Positions 35,790-49,597 of a DNA stretch of 64,000 nucleotides are shown one piece after another. Below the pieces are notes generated by a model. That model was not told the DNA's origin and did no database searches. It saw only the letters and a list, made by a program, of their open reading frames with translations. Source of the stretch: Octopus sinensis (Eukaryota); assembly GCF_006345805.1 (NCBI RefSeq), contig NC_043001.1, forward strand, positions 43,586,001-43,650,000, in the 5' to 3' direction. Position 1 is the stretch's first letter; the number at the start of each line of letters is the position of its first letter. A program made the position numbers and the translations under genes.

Positions 35790-37130
35790 TACTGTTTTAC
35801 ATAGGGTAAATGTGTTTGAAAGTTGTGTTTTGTTTTTCTTGGGTATGTTTGTTCCCAAACAGCACTTTTAGTGCTATTGACTCACCGGATTGAATGGTAC
35901 TGCCCAGGTGTCGAAACCATAATGATATCTGTGTGGCAGCTGATGATGGAGGTATGTTGGATTGTTCGTATGGCTGTTTTTGTATATGTGGGATAGTGTT
36001 ATATCCTTTTGATATATATATATATATACACACAGACACACACACATACTAACATATGTACATATACATAATTACATTGTAAAGTTACATGTCTAAATAC
36101 ATGTTATTCACATACGGTTCTTCTTTGATATATGTTTCATGGTTGCCATTCATGAGGTTTTAATTCAGGGGATTAATCTGAGTTGTGGGCGTTAGGTTTG
36201 CATCAGTCAGGTGTGGTTTGGATTATAGTATGTGGATGTGTGTTTAGCTGTATGCATGCACCTGGGTAATCATTCTGTAAATCTGATTATAATGCGCTCC
36301 TTTGTTAATAATATTGAGAGTGACTCCTCGGAACATAGCTGGCATTTCCAGGATAATGTGTTATAGGGACTCACATGTCTAATAGTGAACCAGGTCAAAT
36401 CTTATTTTGTCTTCTTTTCCTTGAGCCTCCAGATAAAATCAACAGTGATGTTACATGCCGTTTAAAGATTTTTCGAAAGCTGGCAATGTGGTTGCGATAT
36501 CGATTCTTGAAAATATCAGCTGATGCACCGATATCTACATAGGGGCCTCCTCTAGTGTTTACTGTGCACTTATACACCACATTTCTAGTTGTGCGTTGAT
36601 TGCCCAAGGGACACTTGGGTCTGTCCCTGCATGGCCATAATTGGTCAGTTTTTTTTGTTTGCTTGTGTGCAGCAAGCACTAGATGAATTGGTTCTAATCA
36701 ATACATTTGTGGTCATAGTTATCCTTTTATTATTTTTATTATTTCTGGGTGTTTGAACTGTTGCTGGTGTCATGTGTTTGTTGGTTGTTGTAGATATCGC
36801 AGTTACTTTTTCTTGGTTGATTGGTATTACAGTTTGAATTGTTATCACTTTGATGTATTAATTGGTTGGTATTTGCATTGTCTCTAGGCTGGTTATTTAA
36901 GTCATGGTTAATTTTTGAGGACCTATTTTCAGTGCAGTCTGCTTGCTGTCTTAGTTTACAGTTATTGATCCTATGAATATGGTGCTCTATATTTGATGAG
37001 TTAGCATAGGACAGTTTTACAGTGTGACGGCTGAATATTTTGCTGTATGCTCCATTTTTAGGGAAGCAACGACCGAGTGCAGTGAAGAACTGTTTCGCGA
37101 TCTTGGATGAGACGTTCGAGCCCAAGATTG
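35790..37130 (-). mobile_element. Penelope-like element 3' part (linker + GIY-YIG endonuclease + tail)
   Basis: SKIAKQFF...FPKNGAYSKIFSRHTVKLSY and CPLGNQRTTRNVVYKCTV...YVDIGAS...FKNRYRNH. Confidence 0.75.
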
Positions 37131-38050
37131 GGTTATACCAGAGGACATCATTATTGGATTAATTAACTTCTGTTACACTTAGCTTCCATTAAATCAAGTC
37201 TGTTAACACAAGACTTGTCTACTGCATCCCCTTGGTCGATGTAGTTTTGGCAGGCATTGACAAAAGATTTGTGACCCTCTTGGATGATGAGGAATGCCAA
37301 CTAGCTGCTGTCTTCTACCTGAGATTTTGCTTCATCTGATTGGATAGGTATGATAGCACCAAGTTCACCAAGGTGAGGAGAAGCATGGCAGATAAGGCCA
37401 TGAAGTAGCGGTCTGAGGAATTGAGCAGCAACAGTGGAGGCAGCATTAGCGAAGAGGTGGAGGATGACTTCTTCAGTAGTGTCACCCAACAAAAAGAGAG
37501 CGGAAGCCACAGGTCACTGAAGGACAAGGCCCAGAATTTCGTAATGACCAGGTTGGAGACCAACTCCAAAGATCTACTAACAGATGCTACTTTCTTCAGT
37601 AAGCAAGTGTTGGTGGACTTGTTCATCAAGATCAACACAACCACCCCTTCCAGTGCTGCAGTTGAATGTTTATTTCCCATGAGCAAGGACATCTTGAGTG
37701 CCAAGAGATCGTCCTTGTCTGATGAAAATTTTAGTATGTTAATTTTCATGAAGGGCAACATGAATTTCATCAATAAAATGAGGGAGAAGAAGGGGAAAAA
37801 TTAAATTATGTATATATCATGTTTTTCATTTTTCATTTTTATTTTTTATGGCCACTTTATCAATAAACTTTTTTTATTAGTTTAATACTAATATTGCGTT
37901 TCCTTTAAGTTTTTTTTTACCCTTTTCTGGCTCTAAATGCCTTTAAAATCAGCCTTTTTGTAGGCCCTTTAAAATTTAAAACTATCAAATCAGCATTTTT
38001 CAACTCTAAGCAAAAAAAGATAAAGCTATAGTTTTTGGATTCTAAAGCTC
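37130..38050 (+). mobile_element. hAT transposase C-terminal (dimerization domain) fragment
   Basis: ORF 37421-37804 contains TTTPSSAAVECLFPMSKDILSAKRSSLSDENFSMLIFMKGN, a hATC-type motif. Confidence 0.85.
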
Positions 38051-39499
38051 TCAAAAAGGCCCACTTTTTAACCCTCTAGTGTTTAAACTGGCCGTTTACG
38101 TGTGATTTCAATGTAACATTCATTGAAAACATGCAAAATAACATAGAAAAAAAAGACCTGCAAAATAAAACTCCTTTGGTAGGAAACTTTGAGGTCCCTA
38201 CTCGTCTCCCACCTTTCTTTTCTGGAAAAAAGTGGCTTGCGGTGGGTTGGAGGTCAGATACATTGAATGCAACCAAAAACAAAAACTGTGGAAAAGAATT
38301 ATTCCACACCGAGGTACGAAATATTTACCGAAAGAATAAAATCTTGTGCCGATTATACCTGTATTTTAAATATTTCAAATTACTATACCCCATTTTTGTT
38401 GGTTGCCATCTGGGATAATTTTAGTAATAAATCAAACAGGTAAGATGCATTAAGAATTTCCATTTTAGTGTTTATCCATAGTGTTATTGCTTTTACACCT
38501 GTTAATTAAATTTACCTGGCCATAAAAGTCAAATTTACCCTGCAGGATCAGCTAAAATTGCATAACAATAAACCAGTGGTATATAAAGTACCCACTGACA
38601 AAATTTCAAATCTATGTAAAAACTTAATAAAGTTACAAGCAAATATTGTGGACACTCCTCTTGAATGTGAATAATTCAAAATAACGTTTGACTGATTAAT
38701 ATGAATACTAAAGATGTTTTTAGGTGTCTTTCTTTCTTACATACACACATATAACACAGCCTTACTTTGTTGGAACTACAGGTGTGTTTAACATCATCAT
38801 TCCATAAAATTTGTTTATGGGGAGAAAAATATTGAAAAAATCAATAGATGTGTGACTGAGAAAGAAATGAGGAGTGAGGTTTTGGGATGTGCTAGAAACA
38901 ACAGCCAGATCTCCTTTAAATCACATTTTCCTCTGTAAGTATTAACAATTTTTAAAAATTGAAAATGTTTCTCTCATGGGTTTTAAGTGTGTAGTGAAAA
39001 AAAATGGCCAAAATCGTTTTGGACTGCAGTGGTGGTGGTGGGGGAGTTAAAAAAAATTTCACAATTTTTTTTCTTTTTTTTTTCGTGGAAAGCTGCCTCC
39101 CATCATTCTGAAGACTTCGGTGAAAAATATTGGAAAAATCCCTATCGAAACAGAAATTCCAACTTATGCGAGCCGTCTGATCCAAAACTCAGTTTTCCAG
39201 ATATTCCTCCCCGACCCCTCCTAAAAACATTACCTACAGATTTCTTTGTAATCGTAATTGACACCATTTGAAAGGTATTTGTATAAAATTTCATTAAAAA
39301 GTGCCTATTTTCCAGAAAGTTAGGAGGGAGAAAATGTCAGGTCTTATGAATTTTCTGAAACTCCTCTCTCCAACCCCTTGGAAAATTTTTTCCAACAAAT
39401 CTTTATATCCACTCAATCTACAGAATATAAGCGATTATTTGGTGAAAGTTTTGTTAAAAAGTATCTGTTTTCCTGGAAGTTACGAGGCTACAAATTTGG

Positions 39500-39667
39500 T
39501 AGAGTATTATACTGTAGTTACGCTATTTTCAATAAAAGTTAATGTTAACGGATTACTGTTAACTTCCGTTACATTTTCAAAGAATTAACGATTAATGAAG
39601 TTAACTTTTTGGTTAATGGACTAATGATTAATGAAGTTAACTTTTCAATTAATGGTGCCCACCTCTG
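39500..39667 (+). mobile_element. hAT-type terminus with subterminal gttaac repeats
   Basis: Clustered gttaac/ttaatga repeats ending in gtgcccacctctg (reverse complement CAGAGGTGGGCAC, hAT-like TIR). Possibly the right end of the 37130-38050 element. Confidence 0.55.
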
Positions 39668-40515
39668 GTTATTATAATGATTCATACTATTACTCATCAA
39701 ACTATTAGTTATTATCATTATTATTACTACTACTAGGGGTGTATTGGATTTTCCTATGGTAGCCTAAATTGTGCTCATGCTCTACTTAACATTTAAACGC
39801 ACTAATTGACTTATTTGTCCAAATTATTTATCATTGTTATATATTGGCTGTGTGGTAAATAGCTTGCTTACCAACCACATGGTTCCTGGTTCAGTCCCAC
39901 TGCATGGTACCTTGGGCAAGTGTCTTCTACTATAGCCTCAGGCTGACCAAAGACTTGTGAGTAGATTTGATAGATGGAAACTGAAAGAAGCTCGTTGTAT
40001 ATATGTATATGTATATATGTGTGTGTGTGTGTTTGTATGTCTGTGTTTGTCCGCCCAACATTGCTTGACAACCGATGCTGGTGTGTTTACGTCCCCGTAA
40101 CTTAGCGGTTCAGCGAAAGAGACCAATAGAATAAGTACTGGGCTTACAAAGAATAAGTCCTGGGGTTGATTTGCTTGACTAAAGTGGGTGCTCCAGCATG
40201 GCCGCAGTCAAATAACTGAAACAAGTAATAGATATATATATATGTGAGTGTGTGTGTGTATATTTGCGTGTGTGTTACTGTTTCCTTGCCAGGACAATGC
40301 ATAATAGTTGTAAATGAGTGTAATTGTCATGCAAGTGGTATCTTTTGTTTTCATTCTTCTGTGAAAACATTTCTGATCAAGGGGAAATATTATCTTACAA
40401 GGAAAGGTTAGTGACAAGAAGGGCATCTGATTGTTGTAAATCTACCTCAGCAAATTCCATCTAACTATGGAAAAGAGGATGTTAAAAATTTAAAACATTG
40501 ATGTTGATGATGATA

Positions 40516-40553
<38 letters not shown>

Positions 40554-40561
40554 TATATATG

Positions 40562-40748
40562 ATAGATCGTTAGCCACTACACACATTTTTTTTCTCTCCT
40601 TGTTTTTTTCTGTGTTCTTTTCTGTAGAAGAGCGTAGGCTTGAAACGTAAAAGACTTTTTCTATTCCTGAGTGTTATACTAATACATCTGTTTGTTTTGT
40701 ACACCACCTGTCTTCGTCTTTTGTTTTTTTTCGTAAACTCTCCCTATA
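40562..40748 (+). mobile_element. Solo Penelope-like tail
   Basis: Homologous to 61480-61632, the tail of the Penelope element (gaagagcgtaggcttgaaacgtaaaagact ... atacacc.gttt). Confidence 0.65.
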
Positions 40749-40759
40749 TATATATATTT

Positions 40760-41330
40760 CCAAGCAAAACGCCCCCCCTCGTCCAATTGACGGTGCTGAG
40801 TTGTCAAACATTTAGACCAAATTTTCTCAAAACAACTTGTCTGACCGTCCCATAGGCCTCCCCTTTGAGAAACACTGATTTAACCTAAATTTGAGCAAAA
40901 GAAGAAATAAAGAAAGACTTTTTTTCTATTTCAAAGAAAAACGATTTTATTCACACAAATATGCAACTGAAGAGTTTAAAGTACCAGTAATGATAAGGCT
41001 GTTGACTGGGAGAACACAAACATGGTTTAAACAGTAAGCTTGGCAGGAAAGAAACGTGCCTTTAAGCAATGCAAAAAACAACAAAAAATGGAAGGTGCAG
41101 TTATGTACAGGTTGACGGAAGAAAAACAGGACGAAAATGGCTTTATCGATCGCATTCTCACCTGGAATTGATTTTTGTATTTTTTTTTAAGACTTATACA
41201 TGCCCTGATACCGTTGGTATCTATATATCAAATTTGAGCGCGATCGGATGGAGGATGGCCAAGATCCTAGAAGACATGCACAGACAGACAGAACGAATTT
41301 TATATAATAGATATATATAGATAGATATAG
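40760..41330 (+). mobile_element. Probable non-autonomous Helitron/Helentron-like element
   Basis: caaatttgagcgcgatcggatg motif and 3' end cagacagacagaacgaattttatataatagat. Confidence 0.45.
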
Positions 41331-42779
41331 ATATTGATTGACTCTTCCATGCGTTAACATATACCTCTTTATGGCAATGTAAATTTTCAGTTAATCAAGA
41401 TATCTTTGGTCTGAAGAGTAGCCTGTGGTATACATCTCTCTTCGATATTTATCACTTCTGAGGTTCTGCTTGCTATGAAACGTATGTAGCCCAGATCTTA
41501 TCTGCTCCATTCTGTAACTCTTGTATTATTTGCACTCCCAGCAACCCTGGTTGCCTACTATGAAATACAAAAAGAACTTTTGTCAGTTTATCGTACTTTG
41601 ATATGAAAAAGATCCACAACCTTCCATCTCAATAAACTACTATTGTCTCTGAAAGTTGTTTTTTTATATTTACTACGGATTGCTTGAAGCTAACTTTCTT
41701 CCTACACCTCGGTCCCTGGATCTTACATATGTATATATATATATATATAAATGTCAGTGTAATGTCTGGTTTGCTTTCAAGTAGCAATCACTATTCTCCT
41801 TAAATTAAGTTCTCTTTTTAAAAGTTCTAGCAACAGATATGGGGTGGTGAAACTGCATATAATCTAAAACTCAATTATTTAGGGAAAATTTCTAATTGCC
41901 TTCATGAGTAAGTCCTTCATATCACATATATTATATTAAATTAAATTTAATCTCATTTAGTAGCTAGCTGTTATATAAAATTTCAGAAGATCACAAACTC
42001 ATATTTTACCTAAGGCTAGGATTGAAAAAATACACTTTGACCTACTTAAAACCCTAGGACTCGCATTTTGGACTTAAACCTAAAGTTGGGATGAGGTCAA
42101 TAGCATAATAATTTTTATAGCCATATCAAGTTTCTAAATCTCCCACTCACATTCTTTTCTCCCCAAAACCATAGTAACTTAAAGTAACGTTCACCATGCA
42201 TGCCACAAAAGGTGTATTTTCCATCACAAAAAAGTACAAAAAACTGTCAGCTGGAGGAGGGAAAGATTGTTGGAGGTTGGCAGGAGAGGTTTTCGGAGGT
42301 TGATGAGAGAGGTTGCTGGAGGTTGGCAAGAGGCAAAGACATTATTCAGCTTAGCGAAGGCATCTGGGAAATGTATAACTGGTGTCATTCACAGAAAATC
42401 TATTGTTTTACCATGAGAAAAACACTGTTGAAGTATTAAGTAAAATTTGGCAATCGAAGATTGAATCGACACTATGCCTGCATGAAGCCACTACAAATAT
42501 GTTGTGGAATAAAAAATTTATCTACTGTCATGGAAAATGTGTAACTGTAAAAATGCAGAATTATCGGAGTAATGGGCATTCAAAAAAGTATGTATGTATA
42601 GAAATGTATGAATGAAGTCTTTAATGTTTAAGATTCAAATTAAGGAGGTGCAATAATAATGTTTAGCAGTTCAAAACTGTGGGTAGTCAAATGCAGAATT
42701 AGGTCGGTTGATCATAAGAATCAAATATTGATTGCTTCGCTAACATCTGCAAGTGGTATGGGTTATTTCCTTTAGGTTG

Positions 42780-43250
42780 TTTAAATAAAATATTAGTAAT
42801 ATGTAGTAGATAGAAGGATCCATTGGAAGGGTCCTATTGGTTTTTTTCAACAATCTAAGTATGTCATGAGGTTTCCAGACATGTGTTCTACTCATGTGTC
42901 AAATAAAGCATAAATGTGATATTGTCTGCAAAAATTAGAAATAGGACACACGAAAAAATCAATATTCAAAGTAATTGAACATAACAATGTTCCCCTTATT
43001 TCCCTTGAGTGTTTTAAAAAAATATTGTACAGGTGCTATGAGTTATTTCCCTTGGGTATTTAAAAAAAATAGTTATATGAGGTAGATATAAAGGTCCCTT
43101 CCAGGAGCTGTATTATTGATTTTTTTCAACAATCTAAGTATATCATGAGGTATCCATACATGAGTTCTACTCATGTGTCAAGTTTCATCAAAATCAATAA
43201 AATGATGTAGGAGGAGTTAGCTAACAATGCCACAATTACCAATTTTCCAC
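42780..43250 (+). mobile_element. Probable Helitron-associated element with two diverged internal repeats
   Basis: Block tttttcaacaatctaagta...catgagg...ttctactcatgtgtcaa occurs at ~42840 and ~43120. The second is followed by gtttcatcaaaatc...aggaggagttag. Confidence 0.4.
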
Positions 43251-43254
43251 ATAT

Positions 43255-43318
43255 GTAGTATATATGTGTGTGTGTGTGTGTATGTATTATATGTATACAT
43301 ATGTATGTATATATATAT

Positions 43319-43373
<55 letters not shown>

Positions 43374-43599
43374 ATGTATATATATGTATGTATATGTATG
43401 TATATGTATGTATGTATATGTATGTATATGTATATATGTATATGTATGTATATGTATGTATGTATATGTATGTATATATATGTATGTATGTATATATATG
43501 TATATATATGTATGTATGTGAATATATGTATATGTATGCATGTATATATATGTGTATATATATGTATATACATGTATATATATGTATATATATGTATGT
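43255..43599. repeat. AT/ATGT microsatellite
   Basis: Read directly from the sequence. Confidence 0.95.
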
Positions 43600-43952
43600 A
43601 TACAAGATAAGAAAATGGAGAAATACATCTAAATCAAATATCAATTACCAGATAATACTCAATCACATACTTTATTAAACCACCACATAAGAGACTGTAG
43701 GGTTAGATATAAAAAGCATAACAACTCAGTGTACAGAAAGGAATGTACATAAAAAAGTGTACATAAAAAAGTAATGTTTACTTTTTTATGTACACTTTTT
43801 TATGTACATTCCTTTCTGTACACTGAGTTGTTATGCTTTTTATATCTAACCCTACAGTCTCTTATGTGGTGGTTTAATAAAGTATGTGATTGAGTATTAT
43901 CTGGTAATTGATATTTGATTTAGATGTATTTCTCCATTTTCTTATCTTGTAT
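43600..43952. repeat. Perfect palindrome, 175-bp arms, 3-nt spacer
   Basis: 43600-43774 is the exact reverse complement of 43778-43952 on manual comparison. Spacer tgt. Confidence 0.97.
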
Positions 43953-44124
43953 TAGTAATTTGTGGTAAATCATTTTACCTTTGCCCATATAATACAGTAA
44001 ATGAATTGATTGCATCACAGTCATTAACATTTATGTATTAACTTTGTTGGGTACTTCACTAGCAGTATATTGAAAATATATTATCCCATGGAGGGTTGCA
44101 TTTACAACCCCTATCTCAATTTGT

Positions 44125-44304
44125 ATATATATGTATGTATATATATATATGTTTGTATATATGTGTATGTATATATAAGTATATATATATGTATATATTA
44201 TATATGTATATGTATGTATATATATATATATATGTATGTATATATATATGTATGTATATGTATGTATATATATATATATGTGTATATATATATATATGTA
44301 TATG

Positions 44305-44346
<42 letters not shown>

Positions 44347-45335
44347 GTATGTATATATATATATATATATGTAATGTATGTATATATATATATGTATATG
44401 TATGTATGTATATATATAATGTATATGTATGTATGTATATATATATTATGTATATATATAATATATATATATATATAATATATATATATATATATGTATG
44501 TATATATATATATGTTATGTATGTATGTATATATATATATGTATATGTATATGTATGTATATATATATATATTATATGTATATGTATGTATATATATATA
44601 TATATGTATATGTATGTATGTATATATATATATGTATATGTATGTATGTATATATATGTATATGTATGTATGTATATATATATGTATATGTATGTATGTA
44701 TATATATATATATGTATGTATGTATATATATATATGTATATGTATGTATATATATATATGTATATGTATGTATGTATATATGTATATGTATGTATGTATA
44801 TATATATATGTATATGTATGTATGTATATATATGTATATGTATGTATATATATGTATATGTATGTATATATATATGTATATGTATGTATGTATATATATA
44901 TATGTTATATGTATGTATATATATATGTATATGTATGTATATAATATATGTATATGTATGTATATATATATATATGTATGTATGTATGTATATATATATG
45001 TATATATGTATATATGTATATATATGTATATGTATATGTATTATATATATATATGTATATATATGTATATGTATATGGATATATATGTATATGTATATAT
45101 ATATGTTATATATGTATATGTTTATATATGTGTATATATATATATTATATATATATATATGTATATATATATGTATATATATGTATATGTATATATATAT
45201 GTGTATATATATGTAGGTATAAGTATATATATATGTATATATATATGTATATATATATATATGTATGTATAAGTATATATGTATATATATATGTATGTGT
45301 GTATATATATATATGCACACACACATACATATATG
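44125..45335. repeat. ~1.2-kb compound (AT)n/(ATGT)n/(ATATGT)n microsatellite
   Basis: Read directly from the sequence. Source of the long Y/I/M/C/V ORFs. Confidence 0.97.
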
Positions 45336-45344
45336 TATTTCCCC

Positions 45345-46050
45345 AATCCTGTCCTCTTGACCCTGTCTCACTCTACCATCAGGCATTTGAAAGGAACACA
45401 AAACGGACAAATTACATCTTCATATAAGGAGATTTACATACATGTAGTCATATAATGGTCCTTGAATGCTTGCATCAGAGATGTCTGAGATACATTCTGA
45501 ATGTTGGCTGGACCTTAAAAATTCCCGACACACAAGTCCTGAGGACAGCTTATATCTTGAGTATTGATGGTGCACAGGCACCAGTTACGTTGGACTGGAC
45601 ACTTTATTAGAATGAAGGATAGCAGAATCCCTAAGCAGATGCTTTATGAGGAAATTGTTAATGGAAAGAGACCCCAGCAGAAACCAAGATTGCAATTTAA
45701 GGACTGTATCAAGTCTTCATTAAAGCCCTGTGATATGCAGGAGGCTGACTGGGAGAGCATGGCCTGTCATCACCACAGATGGAGGAAGTAGGTTAAAGAG
45801 GGGGCAAACACCTTTGAGAGAGCACATATTCTGCATGAAGAATTTAAGCATACTGCTCAAAAGTGCACTGCTGGTGTAGTGAATGGGGAAAGCTTGGGTT
45901 TCAATGTTTGCAGTCGTGTATGCTTGTCAAGAGCAGGGCTCATTAGCCACCAACAGAGCCGCAGATGCAAAATATAAGTTAGTCCTAGAGCGCCCAATGT
46001 TCCTGAAGGTCAGCAATGGTCTTCCTCAATCATGATTGGACAACCATCAT
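45345..46050 (+). mobile_element. RTE/BovB-like LINE 3' fragment
   Basis: RHQLRWTGHFIRMKDSRIPKQMLY...KPRLQFKDCIK...DWE and a terminal C2H2-like CNVCSRVCLSRAGLISH. Confidence 0.85.
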
Positions 46051-47334
46051 GTATGTATGAGTGTATTTTTTTGTATTTGTTTCAGTCATTTGACTGGCCA
46101 CTGCCTTTAGTTGAACAAATCTACCCCAGGACTTATTCTTTGTAAGCCTTGTAAACACACCAACATTGGTTGTCAAGTGATGGTGGTGGTGGTGGGGGCA
46201 AACACAGACAAATATACACACACGCACACATATATATACATATATATGATGGGCTTCTTTCAGTTTCTGTCTACCAAATCCACACACAAGGCTTTGGTCA
46301 GCCCAAGACTATAGTAGAAGACACTTGTCCAAGTTACCATACAGTGGGACTGAACCTGGAACCATGTGCTTGGCTAGCAAGCTACTTACCACACAGCCAC
46401 TCCTGCACTTATGTATATGTTTGTGTTTCTTTGTCTTGACATTACATGATAGTTGTAAAAGAGTGTCACTCTCACACAAGCAGTGTCATTCATTTCCAAT
46501 TTTCTGCAAAAACATCTCTGACTGTGGGGAAATTATTCCTTTGCTTGAAAACAGGTGAGGGTTGGTGACAAGAAGGGTCTCCAGCTATAGAAAATGTACC
46601 TCAGTAAACTCTGTTGAACCCATGTGAGCATAGAAAAGCAGAAGTTAAAACAATGATGATGAGGAGGAGGAGCATGTGAGTGTAGAGTGCTTCAACATTT
46701 TATCTTCAAAGATCAATTCTCTGAGTTCACAATTTCATCCGACAATGAAAATAAACTATTTGAGTTAGTTGTAATGCATCGCCAAAAAGTAAAGAATGAG
46801 TGAAAGAATGAGTTAAGCATGTGACTGGTAACTGTGAACAAGAAATACATAGGTTAATTGAGTCCAAAATGAATAAACAAGCTATTAAGTAAATGCATAA
46901 AAGCATGATAACTGTCAGCTTAACAAACAGGAAGAGTTTTAGTGTAAATGACTTGTTCTTGTTCTCTGGTTGGTTGCATGCTTAGTGGTGTCATAAAGTA
47001 GGATATGTGGTAAAGGAATCAGCAATGAAGCAGATGAAATGGTTGTGTATGGGATTTGTGAGAGGTGTTTATATATATGTAACATACGAGATTAAGATAT
47101 TTTTTTATCAGGGTGGGACAACTCACTTAATTAAAAAGTAAGTTATGTTTGGCAATATGAGGTTCTTGATAAAACCTGCAAACCTCAGTGAAGCTGAGTT
47201 CTGAGAGCACTATGTAAATTGTGCTCTCCACCCACATGTTACATTGATTCAATGCCTTCCACTGAACCAAATTACCTCCTATCATGCTCTTTGTCTGCTC
47301 TCCTCAACTCCACTTCTGCAGTCTACCCAATCAT

Positions 47335-47384
<50 letters not shown>

Positions 47385-49051
47385 CCTCCCTGTTAACTGT
47401 TTCATCACTATCATCCTGTTGCTCTACTCTGCTCTCTTCTGCATCCTGTCATCTTTCCCAACTCATGACTTGTCAGTCATCAGCTTTCCCAGTTCTTACA
47501 GTTGTAGTCTGCCTTCTCATCTCCTCATATCCTACCTGCAAATCTTACAAACACCTTGTATACATACTTCTACTTACTTTCCACTTAAAAGACCATCTGG
47601 ACACCTCATCAACACCATCTGTCCCTTCACAGCTCCTACTGATCATTCTCTCCCTCTCTTACTATATATGATTCCTCAAGCTGCCTCTCTACAAGAACTT
47701 GCTCTGTTCTCCACCCCACTTCTCTCATACTTTAACCCCCTCATCTGCTAGTACAAAGGTGACCCTGACTCCTTTGAGATTCATTGTCTTGTGACCCACA
47801 TGGTAACCTCAATAGTGCAGGTAACATGGCAAGGGTAATTAGAACACTGTAAAGGGGTTGGGGAAAGGAATAGCATTCAGTTGCAAAACCATGTCAAATC
47901 AGATGCTGGGACATGAACCTTTTAGATCTTGCCAAACTGTCCAACCCATGCCAGAATGGAAGATTGCTGATGCTAAATGGTGACGACGACGATGATGATG
48001 ATGACAACGATGACAACAATGACATGTACACCCTGGTGGAATCAATGGGACAAATCTGAGACCTTTGAATCAAGAGATACATTCAACCTGATGGCCTCTA
48101 CACAGTTTCCAGCAACTGAATTTCACTCACAATACCAAGAGGCCATCATTATCATCATCATCATCTTTTAAAGTCTGTTGTCCATGCTGGTATGGGTTGG
48201 ATGGTTTGACCAGGGCTGGTAAGCTGAGGGGCTGCATCAGACTCCAGTCTGATTTGGTATGGTTTCTATGCCTGGATGCTCTTCCTAATGTCAACCATTC
48301 CAAGAGTGTAATGGGTGCTTTTATGTGCCAGTTGCATGACACCAGTATCTGCCATGGCTACAATTTCACTTGGCTCAATGGGTCTTCTTCTCAAGCACAG
48401 AATATTGCCAAGTGTCTCAGTCATTTGTCATTGCCTGTATGAGGCCCAACACTTGAAAGGTGTTTTTTATGTGCCACTGGCACAACACTGGCATTACGCA
48501 ACAACATTGGACCCCATGAGGTCCAATGCTTGACAGGTGCTTTTTACATACCACCAGCATGGGTACCAGATGCCTCCGTGAGACCCAATGCTAGTTATGC
48601 TACATCGGCATTAGCCACATTACCTCTGTAAGATCCGACACTCAACAGGTGTATTTTATGTGCTACTAGCATCAGCCACATTGAAGACAACTAACATATA
48701 TATATATATACATAGATACACACACACACACATATGTGTGTGTGTGTGTGGAGGCGCAATGGCCCAATGGTTAGGGCAGCGGACTCATGGTCAGTGGATC
48801 GTGGTTTCGATTCCCAGACCAGGCGTTGTGTGTGTTTATTGAGCGAGAACACCTAAAAGCTCCACGACACTCCGGCAGGGGGTGGTGGCGAATCCTGTTG
48901 TATTCTTTTGCCACAACTTTCTCTCACTCTCTCTCCCTGTTTCTTGAGTAATGCTGTGATGGACTGGTGTCTCGACCAGCTGGGGGGAACACATACGCCA
49001 CAGAAACCGGGCCCATGAGCCTGGCTAGGCTTGAAAAGGGTGACGTTTATC

Positions 49052-49087
<36 letters not shown>

Positions 49088-49537
49088 TATAGTCTCAGGC
49101 CCACCAAAGCCTTGTGAATGGGTTTCATACATGGAAATAGAAAGACAACAGTTGTATATATGTGTATATTTGTGTGTGAGTGTGTGTGTGTGTGTGTGTT
49201 TGTACTCCCACCATCGCTTGACAACTGATGTGGCTGTGTTTATATCCCTGTAACTTAGCTGTTGGGCAAAACACACTGGTAGAATAAATATTAGGCTTAC
49301 AAAGAATAAATCCTGGGGTTGATTTCTTCGACTAAAGGCGGTGCTCGTGCATGGCTGCAGTCACATGACTGAAACAAGTAATACAATAAAAAATTATGCC
49401 ATTTTAATCCCGAGCAACGCCGGGTATCTCTGTTAGTGTGTATATATATATATATATATATGTATGTATATGTGCACAAATGTATATACATGTATTTGTA
49501 TGTATACGCAAGCATGTGTGTGTGTGTGTGTGTCGCG

Positions 49538-49597
<60 letters not shown>

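Noticed and set aside
44070-45427. Long ORFs (up to 400 aa) of Y/I/M/C/V/H residues, also at 427, 20160, 43171-43678, 61663 and 62613-63462
   Set aside because: Translations of AT/GT/ATGT microsatellites, which lack stop codons in several frames. No coding evidence.
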